Shown here piece after piece: positions 38,365-49,709 of a DNA stretch of 64,000 nt. Each line of letters begins with the position of its first letter. Positions within the stretch are counted from its first letter, which is position 1. The notes beneath the pieces were generated by a model. The model did not search any database, was not told where the DNA came from, and worked only from the letters and a program-made list of their open reading frames with translations. Both the position numbers and the translations under genes were made by a program. Origin of the DNA: Leucoraja ocellata. Taxonomy: Eukaryota. The DNA lies in NCBI GenBank assembly GCA_036785375.1, contig JAWMAR010000013.1, positions 1,240,001 to 1,304,000 of the forward strand, read 5' to 3'.

Positions 38365-38392
38365 AACGTTTCGGGCCGAAACCCTTCTTCAG
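38365..38392 (-). ncRNA. Minimal hammerhead ribozyme motif (mirror copy)
   Basis: Exact reverse complement of 38394-38421. Confidence 0.7.
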
Positions 38393-38393
38393 T

Positions 38394-38421
38394 CTGAAGA
38401 AGGGTTTCGGCCCGAAACGTT
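38394..38421 (+). ncRNA. Minimal hammerhead ribozyme motif (Penelope-type)
   Basis: CTGAAGA-A-GGGT(TTCG)GCCC-GAAACGTT: intact core, UUCG-capped stem II, palindromic ACGT stem III; stem I weak. Confidence 0.7.
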
Positions 38422-38542
38422 GCCTATTTCCTTCGCTCCATAGATGCTGCTGCACCCGCTGAGTTTCTCCAGCTTTTCTGTGTAACCTACTGTAATTTGA
38501 TTACTGCCTCATCCAACTTAGGATGCAGTGTGTATTGTCTTT

Positions 38543-38787
38543 AATAGTAAGATTAAACGAGAACTTACCAGTTTGAAGTTTGATCTTGATTTTATGAGGA
38601 GTTACGATGAGCGATTACGTGAAGAAGGGCCGTCCGTCTGTGTGCGCGTCAATCTTCAAAGCAGCGGTGTTAAATCACATAAAAAGAAGACCTGAGAATA
38701 GTAAGATTGTGAAGAAACTAGAACTTCCATATGACCTTGATAGTATGCGGGTGGGAGCGGTGGGCACGTAATCGCTCATCGTAACGG
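38543..38787. mobile_element. Probable DIRS-like retroelement terminal remnant
   Basis: 21-bp perfect inverted repeat 38601-38621/38765-38785, preceded by aagattaaacgagaacttacc; CpG-rich. Confidence 0.45.
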
Positions 38788-39540
38788 TTTGCCTGAAATG
38801 GGTCAAATTGGTAAAAAGGTCAAAAGATCTCATGCAAATTAAATCTGGTACATATTGATCTTTTGCATTGGCATAAAAAACCATAGCCCACGAACTGACC
38901 ATTCCAGTTTGAATGAATCATCGTTAAGAAATTATACATTTGCCTGGCCATGGAGTCTTGTAAATGAAAACAATTTTTAGGCATGAGGATATCAAATAAT
39001 AAACATTTTAAAAGATAACATTTATGAAGAAAATGACTATACCAGCTACTAAACGGTTCTTTATATTAGTTTTTGTCTCCTACAGGAAACCTTCTGAAGG
39101 TTTTGGAAAAGCTGCTCTTGTTATGAAGGCCAACATGCCATTCGCTTTCTTCACTGCCTGTTGTACCTTGTTTCTGTATAATTTGCTCAGTCTTAAAATC
39201 TCATTGCAGGTAGTGAATGATGGTTATTTTCTTTACAAAATACTTGTTTTTAGTTGTCCACACCAGCCTGTTAACTCTGTTTCTCCCTCTCTCTCCATGA
39301 ATGCTGTCTGATCACCTGAATGCTTCAAGTATTCTGTTTTTATTTCAGATTACTGGGACCTGTAACATTTTACTTTTGCATAAGAATCATAGCCTTTTCT
39401 TGCCGTTCTGAAAACTAGTTCTATTTATTATTGCTGTCTGCTGATATATGAAGTGACCTAAAAAATTAAATGTTGAATTATAAAATGATATGTTCTAGAT
39501 GTTCTAACTGCTTGATATCATTTTTTCCTGTTGGATATAG

Positions 39541-39671
39541 GTTTTGATTTCACATAATTTGAAGAAATTGACCAAACAGACGTTTCCTGAGCACTGCTCT
39601 CTCTGTAAAGAGATTCTGCCGTTTACAGATCGCCGCAAGGCAGTCTGCCCCAATGGACACATTTGGCACAG
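39541..39671 (+). CDS. GTF3C4: GTF3C4 coding exon 3 (VLISHNLKK...EHCSLCKEILPFTDRRKAVCPNGHIW)
   Basis: atatag|...|gtaatc, 131 nt, phase 0-2; C-terminal zinc-finger-like Cys/His pattern. Confidence 0.95.
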
Positions 39672-40089
39672 GTAATCACTGCCTGCAGCCAGGCTGTAGA
39701 TGCATGTTGTGCATCCTGTAAGGGGAGGGGCGGGGAAACTGGCCATGAACTGGTCCTGTGTGCAAGTCTAAGAGTCAAGAGTATTTCTTGTCATATGTAC
39801 CAGATATTATCTGGAACAATGAAATTCTTGCAGACACTAAGAAATTTCATTGTTTCGGTACATACGTCTTTTGTGCAGTTAAATTCATGCCAATAAAAGT
39901 CCTGCAATCATGTAACCTTCTTTAAAGATATACAAGGCAACAATGTGATTTTGCAGCTTTTGGAAAAGTTAAATTGCATCCAAACATGTCTTTCATGCGG
40001 CAATACTGGCTGCAACTGGTGTAAATTATACAGGCAGGTGGAACAGTCAGTTGTTGCATCAGTACAGTCCAACCTATTTCTCTGTGCAG

Positions 40090-40178
40090 ATGTATATTGA
40101 CGTACCACGCGTGTCAGAGTCTGACGTATCGCAGATGTTTGCTACATGACAGCATTGCTCGACAGCAGTTGCCTTCAG
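40090..40178 (+). CDS. GTF3C4: GTF3C4 coding exon 4 (CILTYHACQSLTYRRCLLHDSIARQQLPS)
   Basis: gtgcag|...|gtgagc, 89 nt, phase 2-1. Confidence 0.95.
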
Positions 40179-41204
40179 GTGAGCTACTGATGAAGGAAAA
40201 AATCAAACCAACTCATTTTTTTGCTTTCCGAAATTTCATAAATGCAAAGAAGTGAGCTTGAATATTGTATTGTCAGGGGGCATGTGGATGGAGCTTGTTG
40301 GAGCTCACTGGCGGTTGCAATAGTGGACATTTTTATCACCCGATTGTTGTGTGGCCACCTTTCTGTATGAAATGTAAAGTGGCATCGATATTTAGATCAT
40401 TTCAATTTATTGAACTTGAAGGAAAATAATTGCTCATTCAAATGGTGGTTCCAAATAAACTCTTACAAGTAAATGAAATGAATAAATATGGTAGAATAGC
40501 TGCCAATAGAATCTCGGTCTGAGGAAGGGTCCCGCCCCAAAACATCATCTATCCATGTTATTCAGAGATGTTGCCTGATCTGCAGAGTTACTCCAGCAGT
40601 CTTTATTTGCCAATAGAATTGTGTGCAGCCTGCTCCACTTCATGCAGAATTGCAGCACTCATTTGTGTTGGTCAGTCAAAAATAGATTTGTGTGTTCCAG
40701 ACCGCACTCAATGCTCGTGTCTGCAAATGTCATTGCTAGAATTCCTGTTCCTTTTCAGCTGGCCCATAGGAAGCACTTTATCTCCACATGACAAACTTAA
40801 TTCAAGCAACATATTAAAGGCCAATGATTGTGCTTCACTGATACAATTATTCATCACATTTTTAAAAAAGCTCCCCACAGAATGGTGGTCCAAATTAGTG
40901 TATGTGCATAAAGCAAAAATTTGGGTAGATTTTTTTTTTTTTTTTTCTCGAGTCCCAAGCTGTCAAGTGAATTTTTTTCTTCATGTGAAATTCCATGATC
41001 AGTTTCATGCACGCAGAAGCATTTAAGAAAGTTTGTTTTGTATTGCTGTGATATTTTAGAGACAGAAAGTCATACAGCATGGAATCAGGTTCTTCGGCCC
41101 AACATTCCCTTGTCGACCAAGATGCCCCATCAGTGTTTGCCCCACTTGCTGTGTTTGGCCCATATCTCTCTAAAGCTTTCCTATCCGTGTACCTGTCAAT
41201 ATAT

Positions 41205-41930
41205 TACAAAACAATACAATAATACTTAATTAGCCAAGTTTGTTTTGCAACATACGAGGAATTTCATTTGCCAAGACAGTCATACAAATAAAAGCCAACG
41301 GAACATATAGAATACATTTTAACGTAAACATCCACCACAGTGACTCCTCCACATTCTACACTGTGATGGAAGGCAAAAAAAAGTTCAATCTCTTCACCTT
41401 GTTCTTCCCCGGTCGGGGGCCTCAAGCCTTCCGTTGACGGGACGATCTTGACTCCCGTAGCCGGCGGCGTTTGTTCCCCACCACGTCGGGGCGATCAAGC
41501 TCCCTCATCGGGGGGGGGGGGGGGATGTCTGCCCCCTGCGCCATCGATCGGACCCCGGGTCGGGGCTGGTCAAACCTTCTGCGTCGTTGGAGCTCCCGAC
41601 ATCTACAGTCTCTACCCGAGACTGCGAGCTCTCGATGGTAAAGTCCGCAGGCATAGACATCGTTGGAGCGATCCCAGGCAAGGGATTGGCTCTGATATTA
41701 AGACCACGCCCTGCGGTAGGGCTCAAAGTCAGTCCAAGCAGGCCTCCAGCTCCAGGATGTTAGGCTGCGGTGCGACCAGAGATACGATCTGGAAAATAAT
41801 CACATCTCCGGCAAGGTACGAGATTGGAAAAACGTTTCCCCTGACACCCCCACCCCACATAAAACCAACCGGTGAACATTTACACAAACTTTTTAAACAC
41901 ACTAAAAATAACAAAAAAATAACATAAACA
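41205..41930 (-). mobile_element. Unclassified CpG-rich non-autonomous retroelement with LINE-like tail
   Basis: Minus-strand attgtattg-type tail at left end, GC-rich body, G15 run at 41510-41524. Confidence 0.5.
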
Positions 41931-42039
41931 GACGGACTGGATAGAAGATGGAAGATTTTTTTAAACTTCAAACCACTTGACATTTTATTTGATCAGCAAT
42001 GTTATCTTTGGAAATTAAAGAGTTTTTTTCTCATTCCAG

Positions 42040-42104
42040 ATCCTGACTGGATAAAGCGCCTGCTTCAGAATCCTTGTACGTACTGTGACTCTCCTCTCTT
42101 CTGA
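42040..42104 (+). CDS. GTF3C4: GTF3C4 last coding exon (DPDWIKRLLQNPCTYCDSPLF*)
   Basis: ttccag|AT CCT...TTC TGA; total CDS 2367 nt = 788 aa. Confidence 0.95.
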
Positions 42105-42469
42105 CAAAGTTACATATTATGGACAAAGGGAGATCTGAGCACACTTTTGTGTCTTAAATTTAGAATTGAGAAGATAATGCATGAAATATTTACCCTGCTG
42201 TCAAGGGTATTGGCGTATTCGACGATAGTATTGTTCTCTCTCTAAAGGCATCCAGAGATGAAGCTCTCTGCTTCTGAGGCACGAGAGGAAAGGTGGAGGA
42301 TTCTTGGCATCGTGCTCATCATTTCAGCGGACATGGTCTTCCTCATCCAGTCTCATTATTATGAAGTAGAAAATTAATGTAAATGATTGCTATAGTTGGA
42401 AAAAACCCAGTAGGTTGAGACAATTTAAAGTAGAGTTCAGTGTACATTAGCGACACAGTGGTGCTGGTT

Positions 42470-42792
42470 TCCAACAGGAACGGTGGCGGACGCACCACAC
42501 ACCTCTGTCCACCAGTTCCTGCGGACATCCGCCACTGGAAGTATAGGATTTTGGTGTGTGTGCTTTATCATCATTCCTTACAATCCTATGTACGACAGTG
42601 ATCGCAACTTCTACTGAAGTGTGGATGGCCGTTGGCTCGATAGAAGCTCATCTGCCCTTTGACAGGTCTTGTTTTTGGTTCTGCTGGGGGTCCACAGCCC
42701 CCTCCTCACCTGGTAAACCAGGTGGGGAGACGGTTTAGTCACCGTCTATCCGACCATGGAGCAGGTAGCACGGGATTACATGGTCCCTGTGG

Positions 42793-42823
<31 letters not shown>

Positions 42824-42845
42824 CTCCCCCTCCCCCGACCTGACC
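42470..42845. mobile_element. GC-rich probable repeat insertion in GTF3C4 3' UTR with G25 run
   Basis: Abrupt compositional shift; G run 42794-42818. Confidence 0.45.
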
Positions 42846-43429
42846 TGCAAATACAAATAACAAGGAAACTATCTGAAGTAAAATAACACGTGAAGTTTTC
42901 ACATAATGAATTGAAATAACTAAGTTAATCTGTTCTTGCCTACTATTGCATCTGCAAGAATTGTTACATTTGACTCTAAAACGGTCTTTGAGAACAATGC
43001 AGAAAGGAAACTTTATATTTCCCCATTAGAGGTTGTGAATAAAATGTAATGCATTTGGGAAATTGTGCTCAATCCAAGGTTGCAAGTTCTAACTGTTGAT
43101 GAATGACACAAAATCAGGCCCTGGAACTGTAATCAATGGTGGGGATGACAGTAGGGCGAGGAGGATCGTGCTGGACTTTGGCAAGTAGCAGCTGTAAAGT
43201 GACCCCGTTTTTGAAACTTAAGGTGGGAGAAATGAAATACCTTAACACACTATATTTGCATTCAGAGGATCTGTTCCTGACAATTGGTCACTAGCTTGAA
43301 AGGGTCCATTTGACTTTTTTTTATTTGTCATCAATTAAAGTATGGATTCATATTTTAAAGTTTTTTAACTTTTGTTTCATGACTACATTTGTGAACACAA
43401 TTTAAGACTTTGTAAACTACTTTTCGTAC

Positions 43430-43453
43430 AATAAAAAATGTTTTCTCAATAAA
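43430..43453 (+). terminator. Candidate GTF3C4 polyadenylation signals (AATAAA 43430-43435, 43448-43453; another at 43038-43043)
   Basis: AATAAA hexamers at the end of an AT-rich 3' UTR-like segment, followed by T/GT-rich sequence. Confidence 0.6.
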
Positions 43454-43619
43454 CCTGTTACCTTTTGGATAAAATGTATCATCTTATAAAATATAAATGT
43501 AAAATCTTGGGCATCCTGTATGGTTTCTTTTCTTAAAACTGCCTGAGCATGGAATGGTGCACAGTAACGGTATTGCTATTTTTCAATTGTTTAAAACTTC
43601 GTACCACTCATTTGGAAGA

Positions 43620-45190
43620 AAAAAGCGGCACTTGCACACACTTCAGCCTCCACCATTCCAGAGACACCAATCCTAGTTTGTCCAAACTTGCTTTATATCT
43701 AATATTCTCTAATCCATGCAGCAGCCTGTTAAATCTCTTCTGTACCTTCTTCAAGGCTTTCACACAATACTCCAAATGGGGTCTAATTAAAGTCCTATAA
43801 CAGTTCATCCTGATTCTTGAACTCAATGCCCCACCACACAAAGCATACTATTTTATCTTTACCACTATCTACTTATGTTGCCACTTTCAGAGAGCTATGG
43901 ACTTAGACCCTATGATCCCTCTCTTCACCAATGCTGTTAAGGGTCTTGCCATTATTTGTATACTTTGTCCACAATTCCAGCAATCTTGATGTCATTGGCA
44001 ATCATATTCACCAACCCATCTACATTTAATTTCAAGTCAATTATATATATATATATTTATCAATTTCCTATGCATCTAAAGTTTCTGGATCAACCTTACT
44101 TGGGGGACTTTATCAAATGCCTTACTAAAATCCATGTAGACAACATCCAATCACCTTTGACACCTAAAAGTACTCAATCAAGTTGATGAGACATGACCTA
44201 CAGTGTAAAAGGCATGCTGGCTGTCTGTAATTAACATATTCTCTTCCAAATAGGAGTAAATCCTATCCCAAAGAAACCTCTCCAATAGCTTCCCTGCCAC
44301 TGATGTGAGGCTCACTGACCTAGAATTCCCCAGACTATCTCTGCTTTTCTTTTTAAACAAAGGAAGAACATTGTCTACTCTCCAGTCCTCCAGAACCTCA
44401 CCTGTGGCTAGAGAAGATGCACAGATCTTTGCCAAGGCTCCTGCAGTTTTCTCTTTTACCTCTAAGAATAACCTGGGATAAATGCTCTTCAAGAAGCCTC
44501 CTCCTTGATTTCAAACTGCCCCTGTATATTCATATTCTCCACACTGATCTCCTTGTCCTTGATGAATACAGATGTAAAGTACTCATTTAGTTTCTCGCCT
44601 ATATCCTGACTCCTAGCACAAATTCCCTCCATTATCCTTGAGCGGTCCTACCTTCATCCTGGTTACTCTGTTTCAAATGTATGTGTAAAAAGCCTTGGGA
44701 TTTCCTTTGATTCATGGCCCCCTTTGACCCTTCTAATCACCTGTTTGTTTTCATTCCTACTTCCTTTATATTCCTCAAAGGTCTTGTCTAATTTCACATT
44801 AGAGTCATATAGCATGGGAACAAGCCCTTTGGCCCAACTTGTGCACACTGACCAAAATGTCCCACCTGCCTATACCCAATCTAAGTTGTGTGGATCCCAT
44901 GCATCTAAATCTTCTGGAACAGCCAACCATGAAGAGTAAAGTACAAAGTGCTGAAGGAACTCAGTGGGTCAGGCAGCATCTGTGGTGGGAATTATGACAT
45001 TTCGGGTCAGGACCATTATTCAGACCGTTTTAATGCTTTAATAAAGTCCATGTGGCAACATCCACTGCTCTACTTACCAATCATCTTTGTCACCTCAAAA
45101 ATCTTAATTAAATATATGAGATGGGACATCTTTTATACACAGCCACAGTGACTATTCCTAAGAAATCCACGATTTTCCAAATGTGAGTAA
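43620..45190 (-). mobile_element. Decayed CR1-like LINE with nested CR1 tail and pLTR piece (decayed hammerhead 44996-45023)
   Basis: YRTLIRPHLEYCV, EDWRVDNVLPLFKK, SVSLTSVAGKLLE. Confidence 0.85.
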
Positions 45191-47323
45191 ACCTATTTGT
45201 TCGCTCGTGTGTCAGATGACGTATAGCCTGGTTGGTTTCTGTCGTTGTCCAACACGTTGACAGAATTGCTCCTCAGATATTTGGAATAAGACTGGATAGA
45301 GTGAAGAATTAAATGATATGCCATTCCACTGTGACTGAATTATGGATTAGAAAAAGATGCTGCCAGTTTCTTGTTTGCATACATTATACAGGTATGAGAA
45401 ATACAAGCTTGGAAATTGATAATATGGCACTGGAGGATTCTGCATCCAATGAAATACAAATGAATGTACCCTGTTTGCAAAGGTTTAGGACTGATACAAA
45501 GATAATTGTTAGGAGTGGGAGACAAGAACATGCAAAAAAAGACGAGATGCAAGAATTGGAATTAGGAACAAAGAAAGACATTTTAACTTTGTGGGTGCTG
45601 CAATAGATACATGACTGGTTTTAATTTAGCATTTGTTCAATTTGCTGTTTTCAAATATTTAGCATATCATTTATGAACCAAATTAATTAGAGCATTTTAT
45701 TAGACCAACAAAAATTGTTGTGGGCAAATACATTTTCCTGTAATTCAAACAGATACCACACATTTAAATAGGATGAATGACTGACAACGACACTGTAAAG
45801 GTTTACCGTAATTGCCCTTTTAAAACTCCTGTTGACATTAATATTGTTTGTGCAGTAGAGATCTTCACTGTGAATGTAATTATTCTGAACTAGCTGTTCA
45901 CTACCTGGGAATTTCTGCTATTGAATTTTAACAACAATGCTCTTGTAAATTGGAAAAAAATTAATCATTCATTTCTCAGAAATATGGCCTGCAGTACTAT
46001 CCCTAACAAGCATCCATGCAGTGGAGACTATACAATGCATCACCTAGAGAGAATACGTACAATGATAAGAGGGAAGTATATAGAAGAAAAGCGCAAGTTG
46101 TGGTTTGTTTTCACAAGAAAACCTGGTTTATTATATCTTATATTTTAAGGACCGGGTGGATTGTGCAATCCTCCTCGGGAGAGGTCTCTGTTCATGCACA
46201 CAATCAGCCTGCTCGGTAAAGGCAGACAGTGTTAACCTCTTGAGGACCTCCTAAAATGTAGTTTGATTTGGGTTTTAATTTTAGATTGGTATTTGGAACA
46301 TAAAGTAGCATTTACAAGAGTCTAAAAATACCCCTGTGTATTAATTACCATCATTAATTACCTTTCTGTGCAGAGGAAAGCACAACTGCATCAAAAATAA
46401 AGCATTGACAAAGATTGTCTGCCTTTAATACCCAGAACTATAATTAGGCTGACTTGGTACATAGTTATAACGAAGAGCAATCTCTGTTGTTCTCCATTTC
46501 CAAGGGATCGTTAAACAAGAGTATTAACTTGTTCTGCTGCCACACGGCTCAATGCTTGTTCTCAGTGCATTCTCCCAGTGGATCCCAGAAGGTCACTGAC
46601 TGACCTGAGTCTGCTTGTACAACATAGAAAGGAGCAGTCGGAGGGAGCCCAGTTTCTTGTTTGCATTCATCTGTGTACTCGCCAAAGTGAAGAAAAATGG
46701 AGACTGGAAAAAGCAGCTTTACTACAAAGATCTATTAAGAGAATAGCATATTGCATAATTGGTATATGTGCTTAATGCTTTTTATCATCAGTTGACGCAG
46801 CAGTGTCAGTGATGGCAGCAGCTTCATCAATAAAACCAGCATATATTTAAATGACTAATAAATAAATGTCATTTATTTCCTATTTCTTTGATACACTCTA
46901 CCCTTAGGTCACATTGTTATGTAAGTATCCCAGTAGAGTTAGTGAAGCAAAATAATAAATATTGAAAGTAAAATCACGTGTAAGATTCAGTAGCCAGTGA
47001 AAGCACATTTTCTGGTTCAGGCACAAGGGTACCAAACTCTTGAATTCATCATGGTTGGACTTGTCTGACACTAATATAATCCCCTTCCAATCAAGAGCAT
47101 ACTGGTTTGGTATGTGGTTCTGGAAGTGTTTTTATGCATGGAAATCAGGATGCAGAGTATTACAATCCTGACTGATATTTTTATGGTGTAGAAACATGTA
47201 AGATCCTGAAGCAAAAATACATAATGTTAATAATGAACAGAGAGAAATAGACCCAAGGACGTGTTTATCACAATCATCCCTATGGACTGTAATTTCCAAG
47301 GATATACATGTAAGCTGTGAGAA

Positions 47324-47391
47324 TTTATTGTAGGATAATATCTGATGGATTATTTGGAAGCAATGTATGTTTTAGGGTAGGTCATTTTATT
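47324..47391 (-). terminator. Candidate AK8 polyadenylation signals
   Basis: Minus-strand AATAAA at 47386-47391 and 47324-47329, shortly after the stop. Confidence 0.45.
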
Positions 47392-47477
47392 GTTAAATAA
47401 ATGACTTTCAGTGATGTCTTAAAATGTTGGATACAAACTATTGTACAGACATCACACAGTTGCTTTCTTCAAAATAT

Positions 47478-47724
47478 TCAAATAAAGACATTTGGTTGCT
47501 TTGGCAAAGGTTTGACAATACAGCTCTCAATGTACTCGAACACCGTGTGAGGATCTTGGTCTGCGTTGACACGTATGACAGGTCTGTAGAATTGCTCCAA
47601 CTCAGAAATGTTGGTACGATAATCTTCCAGTTTTTTCTGCACATTTTCCTCAAAATCCTTAGGATTTATTTTACAACGACTGTAAACCTGACTGTTTGGT
47701 GCTGGTTTGTAGATGGAATGATAT
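47478..47724 (-). CDS. AK8: Adenylate kinase 8 last coding exon (YHSIYKPAP...[30 protein letters not shown])
   Basis: ttttctag|A TAT CAT...ATT TGA, 247 nt; resembles recalled human [23 protein letters not shown]; syntenic position. Confidence 0.93.
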
Positions 47725-48744
47725 CTAGAAAAGAAAAAGACGACAAGAGAATTGCATTACAGAACTTGGTCCTTTTAATTCCACAAGATAATAACTATTG
47801 TGATTTCCTGTATTAGTGGGTTGCCAAGACTATTCTGATTTTTTTTTTTAATTGTCCTAATACAGTATTTGTCACAAATAGTTTTTAATCTGTATTCACT
47901 CTTACAACAGAGATTTCTATAAACATCTCATCTTTGCAAAGATCTGAAAACATGTCACTGAAAATGTAATAATTTTATTGTGTGGTTCACAGACACGGAG
48001 AAAATCAATGTCATGTTAATATTATACCAGTTAATAAGAAAAGTGCTGGAAATATCAAATGCTACCCTAACGCAGAGAAATTGATTAGAATAAATCTAAA
48101 CACTGCCTTACAATATTCAAACAACTTTGAGGATATTAAAATTATGCATAACACATTAAAGATAATAACCAGATCTATTGCAGATATTTATGCCCAATCA
48201 CATGACAATTTAGATTGAGATAATACTTGTAATGATTAATTAAATTTTGTGTAATAAATAACATAACTTTTTGAGCATCATGCTGACCTGTGCTACAGTA
48301 AATAGAACTAGGCTGATTAGTTAATGCATATTATTGTTTTGTTAATTATAGTTGACAAAAAATTAGTATTGCTGTAAATAATTTAACAGGTTGTGTAATT
48401 GTAGTTGGTTTAATTAAACATAAAGATAAATCAAATGTAGAAGAAAAGCATAGCGGATGTCACAGAGAGCTCATCAGCAGCAGATATTACAATTAGAATG
48501 CCCATCTTAATTGATGTTTTGGAAATACATTTTTGCATTAAGCATTTAGCCAATTAAGAAATACGACAGAAACTTATGAACATTTTTGAACTATGAGAAA
48601 TGTTTTAACATCTATTGCCTATATCTCTTACTGCTAACCCCGTCACTGATCATTTAAACCGAGAGGTATTATAATGTGTGAAAGAAGAGGTCAGTTAAAA
48701 CCCAACCTACTGTTATATTCACACGCAGAGATTTGAGGAAATTA

Positions 48745-49240
48745 TAAGTTCATAAGTTGCAGGAGCAGAATGAAACCATTCGGCCCATCAAGTTTACTCC
48801 ACCATTCAATCGTGGCTGATCTATCTTTCCCTCTCAACCCCATTCTCCACCCTTCTCCCCATAACCCCTGACACCCGTACTAATAACAAACCTATCAGTC
48901 TCCATCTTACTGCTAACCCCGGCATGAATGTGGCCTAATCAAAGCATTATACAGCTGCCACATGAGTTGCCATCTTTTATACTCGGTGCCCTGTCTGATG
49001 AAGACCATACATCTCCTTGACCACCCTATCAACTATGTTGCCACTTACAGGGGGGGCAATGGACTTGCACCACAAGATCCCTCTGCACATCAATGCTCCT
49101 AAAAGTCCCCAGGGCCTGATGAGTTCTATTTTAGGTTATTGAGGGAGGCAAAAGAAGAAATTGCTGCAGCCCTGACAAAGAGGATCTTTGTATCCTTCCT
49201 AGCCACAGAGGAGGTCCTGGGAGGATTGGAGAGTAGGTTT
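48745..49240. mobile_element. CR1-like fragments (minus 3' end, minus RT piece, plus piece)
   Basis: ccattcggcccatcaag...; aagtccccagggcctgatg (KSPGPD). Confidence 0.7.
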
Positions 49241-49709
49241 AAGTTGTTCTGTTATGTTCTGTTAAATTAATTCTGTTGTTTCAGTAATATAGAGATAATC
49301 TAAGCATCTGAGCCTCACACCAAAGGCAATTTGTTGTCTAGACCTTTGAAAAACAGTTGGTGGGTCCTATCTGCAATGCAACATTTTAAATTAACAATCG
49401 AACACCTAATTTTATTATGTCCCTGCCGCAAGGAAACTTGTGTGTAATGATTTATTCCGTTTTATTTCCTCCATTGCCTGCTATTCGTAGGATATCACTG
49501 CACCTGTGAGATGCAGTACTTTCTTTGAACTTCATTTTAGAACATAACTGATTCAACCAGTATGACTAGTCTTTAGTTTATGAATTTACCCACATTCCCA
49601 GTAACACGAAAGGACAGATTCAACAGTAAAATGATTCGCAAACTTTAAAGTTAAGTTTGACACAATAGGATCAAGGATAACAGTATCTTAAAATGTAGAA
49701 ATAATATGT

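Larger units (their letters stand above)
38264..38488. mobile_element. Penelope-derived perfect fold-back insertion with 13-bp TSD
   Basis: 95-bp perfect inverted arms 38298-38392/38394-38488; actgtaatttgat at 38251-38263 and 38489-38501. Confidence 0.9.

Noticed and set aside
42102-42340. TGA stop plus downstream ATGA hairpin as possible SECIS read-through
   Set aside because: TGA falls at the expected GTF3C4 C-terminus, and the hairpin lacks canonical SECIS geometry
45313-45606. 97-aa intergenic ORF
   Set aside because: RFRTDTK looks like a decayed KFADDTK; probably an old CR1 remnant
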